Source: Deltaproteobacteria bacterium
GTDB taxonomy: Bacteria > Myxococcota_A > UBA9160 > SMWR01
Direction of reading: 5' to 3'
Assembly: GCA_032128375.1 (NCBI GenBank)
Contig: JAQBGU010000013.1
Coordinates: 1 to 21,466, forward strand
DNA: 21,466 bases
The notes beneath the pieces were generated by a model. It did not search any database. It was given only the letters and a program-made list of their open reading frames with translations, and was not told where the DNA came from. Position numbers and translations under genes: made by a program. Of the stretch, positions 15,393-21,466 are shown piece by piece (the first letter of the stretch is position 1; each line of letters begins with the position of its first letter).

Positions 15393-16870
15393 AAATCAAC
15401 CTGAAACCTCATTTGCGCGCTGTTACCTGAACCGTTGATGCTCTGATTTGCCGTTCTCCGGCTGCTCACGCCACTGTGTATGTAATTCAGCATCGCGCGC
15501 AGGTTCGGTGTGAGATACCAGTTGAGCCCTGCCGTCAGGTCCCACACTTTCCCTCCGTCGATGTTGGCGTTCGTGAGATCGAGGTACGAAATGCGCGCTG
15601 CCGTTTCCCAAGCGCCCCACTGTCCCCGGGTCGGATCGAAATTCTTCTCTGGCCTGAGGCGCGCGAAGCGCCCCTTACCCAGTTCATACGCCCGGTGCTC
15701 CCCGGTCAGGAAGTAGCTGACAAAGCCGTAGACGCCCCAAAAGTGGAGATCGTCTTGCCCCCCTGAGCCGTCGACCCAAGCGTTGGTGTACTCGGCCTGG
15801 ACGGATAGAGGCCCGTGGACGCCAGCCAGCTCGATGTTCAAGATATCCGCGTTTGACGCTTCGATCGCGCCTGTATCCACGATGCGCTGGAGGAGGTGCG
15901 ACTCGGGTCGCTCGCGAACGCGAAGATTTCCGGCGCTATCAGAATCCAGGAAACGGTGTATGTAGCCGGCGCCAAGGTGGAGAACTTTCGCACCGTCCTC
16001 CGCGTAGATGGGTACACCTGCGAGCCGGGCGGCGACATCCCACTTCGCGTCGCCCCAATCGTCGAAAGCAAAGCCCTGGTCGTTCGTGTCGCGAAATATC
16101 CCCGCCTGCCAGAGCACCTTGTTCTCGGCCAGATTTCCGGTAGCCATCAATCCAACGTTTCGCCCAGGGAAAAATGCGGAATTGAGACCGCGCTCCATGA
16201 AGGTGATGTCCTTGGAGCTCGTGGACTCCTGCAAGAACATCGGCTCTTTGAAATGCCCCACTTGTACCGATCCGACCTGACCGAGTTCCTTGAGGCCGAG
16301 GTAGACGTCAGTGAAGTCTGGATTGTCGTCGTCGTCGGGCTGCGCGAAATCGTATTCCGCCTTGAAAAAGATGCGATCGTAGACGTCACCCGAAAAGAAG
16401 ATACGTGCGCGGCGGAACTCGACCCCGGTGCCGTCGCGGGGATCGATGCCCGCATCGCGGAAGTCGTCCTCGAGATCGTTGCTCAGGGTGCCGAGGACGC
16501 CATCGACCATGATTCGGCCGCCGAATTTGAGCTTGAATGCACCGTCGCTGCGCGAGACATCGAAACCGTTGTCCCACTTCGCCTTCCAGGTGGGGCCGGT
16601 TTCCGCCGAGTCCGCTGCGGCCGAGACGGCTGGCATCGCCAGCTTCGCGGCTTGCACGTCCGCCTTTTGCTTCTCCGCGGCAACTTTCGCACACCACGTC
16701 TCGTATTGAGCCGCGTCGATGTTTCCAGCGGCCAGTAGCACGCCGAGGATCTCTGCCGTCACCGACTCGCCACAGTCGACCGGACCCGCGTTCACGTCGT
16801 CGGCCAGAGAAGGAGCGGGGGCTCCGAGACCCACCGCGGCTGCGACAGCCAGTAGTTTCACGATGCGCAT
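15389..16870 (-). CDS. Phosphate-selective porin OprO/OprP family, 493 aa
   Basis: Signal peptide; FKLKFGGRI, EFRRARI, VGHFKEP, TSSKDITFMER, GAWETAARISYLDL, GLNWYL and terminal RFQVDF; RBS GAGGAG; Pho boxes upstream. Confidence 0.93.
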   Translation of the reverse strand: MRIVKLLAVAAAVGLGAPAPSLADDVNAGPVDCGESVTAEILGVLLAAGNIDAAQYETWCAKVAAEKQKADVQAAKLAMPAVSAAADSAETGPTWKAKWDNGFDVSRSDGAFKLKFGGRIMVDGVLGTLSNDLEDDFRDAGIDPRDGTGVEFRRARIFFSGDVYDRIFFKAEYDFAQPDDDDNPDFTDVYLGLKELGQVGSVQVGHFKEPMFLQESTSSKDITFMERGLNSAFFPGRNVGLMATGNLAENKVLWQAGIFRDTNDQGFAFDDWGDAKWDVAARLAGVPIYAEDGAKVLHLGAGYIHRFLDSDSAGNLRVRERPESHLLQRIVDTGAIEASNADILNIELAGVHGPLSVQAEYTNAWVDGSGGQDDLHFWGVYGFVSYFLTGEHRAYELGKGRFARLRPEKNFDPTRGQWGAWETAARISYLDLTNANIDGGKVWDLTAGLNWYLTPNLRAMLNYIHSGVSSRRTANQSINGSGNSAQMRFQVDF

Positions 16871-16882
16871 GCAATGCTCCTC

Positions 16883-16908
16883 TGTCAGAATCAGATGTCA
16901 GAATCAGA
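16883..16908. repeat. Perfect tandem duplication TGTCAGAATCAGA x2
   Basis: Copies at 16883-16895 and 16896-16908, abutting the porin RBS. Confidence 0.9.
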
Positions 16909-16964
16909 ATTCGGCCGCGGTCCCGTTCGACTTCGACTCGGGATTCGAGCAGCTCTGGAGGAGC

Positions 16965-17050
16965 AAACTATCTGCCGAGGGTGACATCCACGTTCCGGCT
17001 GTGTGACAGTTTCATGAAGGCTGCTGACAGATTCGTGGCCATTTCACGAA
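16965..17050 (-). promoter_or_regulatory. Pho-box array and -10 element for the porin gene
   Basis: Minus-strand half-sites TTCGT, GCCAC, GTCAG, TTCAT, GTCAC at 11/11/10/11-bp spacing (includes CTTCATGAAACTGTCAC), a further GTCAC 22 bp on, then TAGTTT (16970-16965). Confidence 0.75.
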
Positions 17051-17132
17051 GCCACGGCTCGATACGATCATCGAGAACTTGCTTCGGCTCGAGCGCGCAG
17101 GTTTGTCGAGCGGGCGGCTTGGCGGAAGGCGT

Positions 17133-18902
17133 TCAGGCGACGGGAAGGGAAAAACTAAAGCGGCTGCCCTTGCCGAGTTCGCTATCGACAAGAATCTCTC
17201 CGCCCATCGCCCGCACCAGATGCTTGACGATCGATAGGCCAAGTCCGGTACTGCCGAGCGCCCGCGACCGGGCGGCGTCGACACGGTAGAAGCGCTCGAA
17301 GATCCGTTCGAGATCGCCTGAGGGAATTCCGATTCCCGTATCTTCGATGCGAATCTCGACCTGTCGGTCATGCGGGTCGAGAAAAATGTCGATTCTGGAT
17401 CCTGGGTTCGAATAACGGGCCGCATTGCTGAGCAGATTCGAGAGAACCTGTTCCAGCGCATTGCGGTCTGCGCGGCAAAGCGGAATTCGACTTCCGTGGA
17501 CCTTGACTTCGATGGACGCCTCTTGAAAGCGGGGACCAAAGTCCGAGACCAGACCGTCCACCACGTCCACCAGGTCGACGGCGCTGAACTCCAGGCCCGA
17601 CGCGCCACTCTCGATCCGTGAGAGCACGAGCAGGTCGTCGATCAGGTTCGACATCCGGTCGGCATTGCGCACGATTGCGTCGAGGTATTGTGATTTCTGC
17701 TCGTCGCTGACTTTCGAACCGGCGAGTGTCGCGGCGAAACCCTGGACCGAAGTCAGGGGCGTTCGCAGTTCGTGGGAGGCGTTGGCAATGAAATCGCGCC
17801 GTACCTGGTCGACGCGCCGTAGTTCCGAGACATCGTGAAACACGGCGACCGTGCCGGCGCGGGGATTCACATCGGGAAAGCCCGATGCGTGCATGAGCAG
17901 CACCCTCTTCTTATCCGTTTGAATCTCCAGCTCGCGCACGACGATGCCTTCGCTGGTCGCGGCCTCTCGCAATGCCTGGTCGACCTTCGAAGAGCGAATG
18001 ACTTCGGGCACCGAGCGCCCCTTGAACTCCCCCCAGACCGAGAGCATCTCTTGCGCCCGCCTGTTGGCGAGCAGCACCTTCCCATCGCGGTCGATGACAA
18101 TGACACCCTCCACCATGCTCTGGAGCACCGCCTCGAGCTGCAATTTTTCGCGCAAGGCGTCGTCAGCACCATCGCGAATCTGCCGCGCGAGGCGATTGAT
18201 CGAAGCGGCAATTTCGCCGCGCTCGTCCCGACTCTCCCAGCGAAGTCTGCGCTCGAGTCGCCCTTCCGCGATGTCACTCACGACCTCGCGGAGTTCACTG
18301 ATGGGTCGAAGACTCAGAAGCGACAGGCCATAGGAAAGAGCCAACGCCGCCAGCAAGCCCAAGCTGCCCCCAACAAGCAGCTCGCCGCGCAGCTCGGATG
18401 CGGCGGCATCGAGTTGGTCGAGAGAGATGGCCAGCCGAACGATTCCGGAGCTGCCCGCCCCATTCTCCTCGGGTACCCGAACGGCGACGTATAGGAGTGT
18501 TTTTTTCAAGGTATCGCTTCGGCGTAAGCCGTGACCGCTTCCTGCTCGCAGGGCGTCCATGATCTCCGGGCGGTCGGCATGATTCGAAAGGTTGTCAATC
18601 TCTGCCGGCGGGACGTCCGAGTCGCCGAGCACGCGGCCCATCGGATCCATCAGCGTAACTCTCGCACCAGCGGCCTCCGATCCGGTGCGGGCCAGCTGCT
18701 GAAGCTTTACAGCGTTGAATGGTTCGAACGGAATATCAGCGGCCATCTGACCGATGAGCTTCGCCTTTTGCTCGAGGTTCTCCACGAGGGTGGCGGTCGT
18801 TCGTTCCCGGAGCCCTGTCTCCGCCAGGAAGCCGCTCGCACCCACGACGATCATCACGAGCAACGCCAGAAAGCCCATGATCTTGAACTGAATCTTCGAC
18901 AT
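17133..18902 (-). CDS. phoR: Phosphate regulon sensor histidine kinase PhoR (periplasmic domain, HAMP, PAS, HisKA, HATPase), 589 aa
   Basis: Two TMs, [55 protein letters not shown]; context with phoB/phoU/pstS. Start set at ATG 18902. Confidence 0.92.
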   Translation of the reverse strand: MSKIQFKIMGFLALLVMIVVGASGFLAETGLRERTTATLVENLEQKAKLIGQMAADIPFEPFNAVKLQQLARTGSEAAGARVTLMDPMGRVLGDSDVPPAEIDNLSNHADRPEIMDALRAGSGHGLRRSDTLKKTLLYVAVRVPEENGAGSSGIVRLAISLDQLDAAASELRGELLVGGSLGLLAALALSYGLSLLSLRPISELREVVSDIAEGRLERRLRWESRDERGEIAASINRLARQIRDGADDALREKLQLEAVLQSMVEGVIVIDRDGKVLLANRRAQEMLSVWGEFKGRSVPEVIRSSKVDQALREAATSEGIVVRELEIQTDKKRVLLMHASGFPDVNPRAGTVAVFHDVSELRRVDQVRRDFIANASHELRTPLTSVQGFAATLAGSKVSDEQKSQYLDAIVRNADRMSNLIDDLLVLSRIESGASGLEFSAVDLVDVVDGLVSDFGPRFQEASIEVKVHGSRIPLCRADRNALEQVLSNLLSNAARYSNPGSRIDIFLDPHDRQVEIRIEDTGIGIPSGDLERIFERFYRVDAARSRALGSTGLGLSIVKHLVRAMGGEILVDSELGKGSRFSFSLPVA

Positions 18903-18955
18903 GCCTGCCCCGCCCCGAGACTTTCCCTGCCCCACCGAAACCCCAGGGCCGAGAC

Positions 18956-19636
18956 TCAGTCGGTGAACCGATACCCGATGCCTCGCACGGTATTGATGTA
19001 GTCGCCAGCCTCACCGAGCTTCTCACGAAGTCGCTTCAGATGTGTATCTACCGTTCGGTGTGTCACCGCGATATCCGAGCCCCATATGTCATCGAGAAGT
19101 TGTTCTCGCGTCAGCACTCGCCCGGCCCGACTCATCAAAGCCTCGAGCAGGCCGAATTCCTTCGCGGTGAGCTCGATCGAAATCTCCTTGACCTTGCAGC
19201 GATGGCGTTCGAGATCGAGCAGCAACACACCATGTGCGAGTTGGCGTTCTCCCGACTTGGACGGTCCGCTGCGCCGCAGGACCGCTTTGACACGCAGTGC
19301 GAGTTCGCGTGAGCTGAAGGGCTTGGTCAAATAGTCGTCGGCGCCGAGTTCGAATCCCACCACCCGGTCCATTTCTTCCGAACGCGCCGTGAGCATTACG
19401 ACCGGCAGCTGGGCGGTCGTGCTTTGAGCACGGAGCTTCCGGCACACTTCTGTTCCGGAAATGTCGGGCAGCATCAGGTCGAGGACGATTAGGTCGGGTT
19501 TGCGCCTCGCTACGCAGTCGAGCCCGATCTGTCCAGTGGCGGCTGTCTCTACAGAAAACCCTTCTTGAGTCAGACCGAAACGCACGAGTTCCCGAATGTC
19601 GGGTTCGTCGTCGATCACGAGGATGTGCTTGGTCAC
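18956..19636 (-). CDS. phoB: Phosphate regulon response regulator PhoB (OmpR family), 226 aa
   Basis: [49 protein letters not shown] overlap with phoU. Confidence 0.92.
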   Translation of the reverse strand: MTKHILVIDDEPDIRELVRFGLTQEGFSVETAATGQIGLDCVARRKPDLIVLDLMLPDISGTEVCRKLRAQSTTAQLPVVMLTARSEEMDRVVGFELGADDYLTKPFSSRELALRVKAVLRRSGPSKSGERQLAHGVLLLDLERHRCKVKEISIELTAKEFGLLEALMSRAGRVLTREQLLDDIWGSDIAVTHRTVDTHLKRLREKLGEAGDYINTVRGIGYRFTD

Positions 19637-20310
19637 GAAGTCAGCTTCTGTGCGTGCTTGAGGTTGAGCGACTCTACGACCAGAATCACGTCCTCTGCGA
19701 TATTGGTCGCATGATCACCGACCCGTTCGAGGTTCTTGGCAATCAAGATATAGTCGACCCATTGATCGGTTTCGTGGGGGCTGTTGCGGATCTGTTCGAT
19801 CGCCATCCGAATCGTCTTGTCCTCATCCGCGTCGATCTGGTCATCCGCCGCGAGCACCTCTCGCGCGACTTTCGGGTCGTGATCAGCGAATGAGCGAAGC
19901 GCGTTTTTCAATACCCTCTGGCTGGAACGGGCCAGGGTCCTGAGCAGCTGCGGTGACGAGATCGGAGGGTGGTCACTCAACTGAATCGCGCTCTTGGCGA
20001 TGTTGCGTGCGAGGTCTCCCACTCGTTCGAGATCGGTCGCGGCGGTCTTGATGGCGATCACCTCTCGAAGATCCTGGGCGACCGGCGCCTGGAGAGCCAG
20101 GAACTCGAGTACAGCCCGGTCGATGTCGACGTCGAGACGGTCAATTGGGAGATCGTCGCCGGCGACCTCTGAAGCCAGGCCGACATCCCGATCCCACACA
20201 CTCTGCAACGCTTTTTCCAGGATCGCTTCTGCCAGATGTCCCATCCGGAGCATCTGTTGGCGCAAAGCCACCAGTTTCTTCTGGACCGGGGGGTCGTGTC
20301 GGTGGCTCAT
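19633..20310 (-). CDS. phoU: Phosphate signalling protein PhoU, 225 aa
   Basis: QAPVAQDLR, TDLERVGDLARNIA, KNLERVGDHATNIAE; ATG 20310 follows AGGAGG. Confidence 0.95.
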   Translation of the reverse strand: MSHRHDPPVQKKLVALRQQMLRMGHLAEAILEKALQSVWDRDVGLASEVAGDDLPIDRLDVDIDRAVLEFLALQAPVAQDLREVIAIKTAATDLERVGDLARNIAKSAIQLSDHPPISSPQLLRTLARSSQRVLKNALRSFADHDPKVAREVLAADDQIDADEDKTIRMAIEQIRNSPHETDQWVDYILIAKNLERVGDHATNIAEDVILVVESLNLKHAQKLTS

Positions 20311-20331
20311 CTCGTTCCTCCTGGCGCCTGT

Positions 20332-20411
20332 AGTATCGAAACAGTATCGAAACAGTTTCGAAACAGCGTCGAAACAGTATCGAAACAGCGTCGAAACAGC
20401 GTCGAAACAGC
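20332..20411. repeat. Tandem repeat, 7 x 11 bp (TCGAAACAG + 2 variable nt)
   Basis: TCGAAACAG starts at 20336, 20347, 20358, 20369, 20380, 20391 and 20402; linkers TA, TT, CG, TA, CG, CG. Confidence 0.97.
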
Positions 20412-20464
20412 AGGTAGCCCCGTTCGGTGACAAGACCGTGACATCGCCGTGGCGTGTCCGTGAA
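20411..20464 (-). promoter_or_regulatory. Pho-box array and candidate -10 for phoU-phoB-phoR
   Basis: Minus-strand TTCAC, GCCAC, GTCAC, GTCAC at exact 11-bp spacing (plus-strand starts 20460, 20449, 20438, 20427); weak -10 TACCTG at 20416-20411. Confidence 0.75.
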
Positions 20465-20492
20465 CGTCTGGAATACCCCCGTGCCTGACTTT

Positions 20493-20546
20493 GTCACGAA
20501 AACGTCACAGATGCGTCAACGCGACATCACGAACGGTCCGTAATCT
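20493..20546 (+). promoter_or_regulatory. Pho-box array and -10 for pstS
   Basis: GTCAC (20493), GTCAC (20504), GTCAA (20515), ATCAC (20526) at 11-bp spacing; TAATCT at 20541-20546. Confidence 0.85.
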
Positions 20547-20615
20547 GCCCCCAATCGATTCAATCATACCCAATAACCCGCTCGCGAACGTCGCCGAAGC
20601 GGAGGAGAGCTACAC

Positions 20616-21466
20616 GTGAATCTTGGAACCCAGATCCTCATCGCAGGCTCGATCGCCCTGCTGAACATCGCAGCTCCAGTACTGGCTCGCGATCAGATTC
20701 GCATTGTCGGGTCGTCTACGGTTTTTCCTTTTTCGACCGCCGTCGCAGAGCGGTTTGGCCGAACCACTTCGTTCAAGACGCCTATCGTCGAGAGTACGGG
20801 AACGGGCGGCGGACTCAAGCTCTTCTGTTCTGGAGTGGGGTATTCCACGCCTGACATCGCGAATGCTTCTCGCCGAATCAAGGAGTCCGAGGTCGGCTAC
20901 TGCCACAAGAACGGAGTCGACGAAGTCGTCGAAATCCGCATCGGCTTCGACGGCATCGTACTCGCCAACGCGAAGACGAGTGAGCCTCTCGCTCTGACGA
21001 CGAAACAGATCTTCCTGGCCCTCGCCCGTGAAATCCCCGTTGCGGGCAAGCTCGTCAAAAATCCGAACCGGACCTGGAGAGAGGTCGACGCTTCCCTACC
21101 CGACCGCAAAATTGAGGTACTCGGACCACCGCCGACCTCCGGAACCCGCGACGCTTTCGTGGAGATTGCGATGGAAGGTGGCGCCAAGCAGATCCCGATG
21201 TTGCTCGAGCTGAGTTCCAGTGACAAAAATGCGTTCGCGGCAATCGCCCACGCGATTCGGGAAGACGGCGCCTATGTCGAGGCGGGCGAGAATGACAACT
21301 TGATTGTCCAGAAGCTCCGCGCAAACCCGGCAGCAATCGGAATTTTCGGTTTCTCTTTCCTGGACGAAAACGAGGACCGCGTCCAGGGCAGTCCGATCGA
21401 CGGTACCGTGCCCAGCTTCGAGGACATCGCAAGCGGCCAGTATCCGATCTCCCGATCCCTGTACTT
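20616..21466 (+). CDS. pstS: Phosphate ABC transporter substrate-binding protein PstS (3'-partial)
   Basis: GGAGGAG then GTG 20616: MNLGTQILIAGSIALLNIAAPVLA|RDQIRIVGSSTVFPF...ESTGTGGG...DIANASR...GFDGIV...GPPPTSGTRDAF...GENDNLIVQKL...YPISRSLY; open to the window end, so absent from the ORF track. Confidence 0.96.
   Translation, partial: MNLGTQILIAGSIALLNIAAPVLARDQIRIVGSSTVFPFSTAVAERFGRTTSFKTPIVESTGTGGGLKLFCSGVGYSTPDIANASRRIKESEVGYCHKNGVDEVVEIRIGFDGIVLANAKTSEPLALTTKQIFLALAREIPVAGKLVKNPNRTWREVDASLPDRKIEVLGPPPTSGTRDAFVEIAMEGGAKQIPMLLELSSSDKNAFAAIAHAIREDGAYVEAGENDNLIVQKLRANPAAIGIFGFSFLDENEDRVQGSPIDGTVPSFEDIASGQYPISRSLY

Noticed and set aside
20332..20411. CRISPR array
   Set aside because: Units are 11 bp with only 2 variable nt; no 20-40 bp unique spacers and no cas genes.
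20311..20433. N-terminal extension of PhoU (CFDAVSTLFRY repeats) in the ORF track
   Set aside because: It is the translated tandem repeat; ATG 20310 has a strong AGGAGG RBS and gives a normal-length PhoU.

Overview
GC-rich bacterial window with four blocks. (1) 1-4002: the right end of an ISAzo13-like IS that truncates a membrane-protein gene, then a stress/hypoxia-type cluster (two universal stress proteins, CDF metal exporter, an uncalled 31-aa membrane peptide, hemerythrin-like protein, CBS-pair protein). (2) 4231-7295: a damaged segment with a frameshifted NtrC/AtoC-family sigma54 activator, an RND adaptor with four frameshifts, and an AcrB-family permease missing most of its middle. (3) 7483-15392: an intact five-gene, non-canonical Nap-like respiratory operon: His/Met-type diheme cytochrome c, a Tat-signal Mo-bis-PGD enzyme with mixed NapA/NasA motifs, a NapG-like ferredoxin, a 1052-aa fusion of two NapH-like polyferredoxin membrane modules joined through two internal signal-peptide-like segments, and a NapF-like ferredoxin. 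No napB, napC or napD is present in the operon. This is the best candidate for an undescribed system. (4) 15389-21466: a phosphate-starvation locus (OprO/P porin, phoR, phoB, phoU, divergent partial pstS) with three Pho-box arrays and a 7x11-bp tandem repeat in the phoU leader. Five sigma54 -24/-12 motifs and a shared 17-bp candidate enhancer motif link blocks 1-3. All calls come from reading motifs by eye; no database searches were run.
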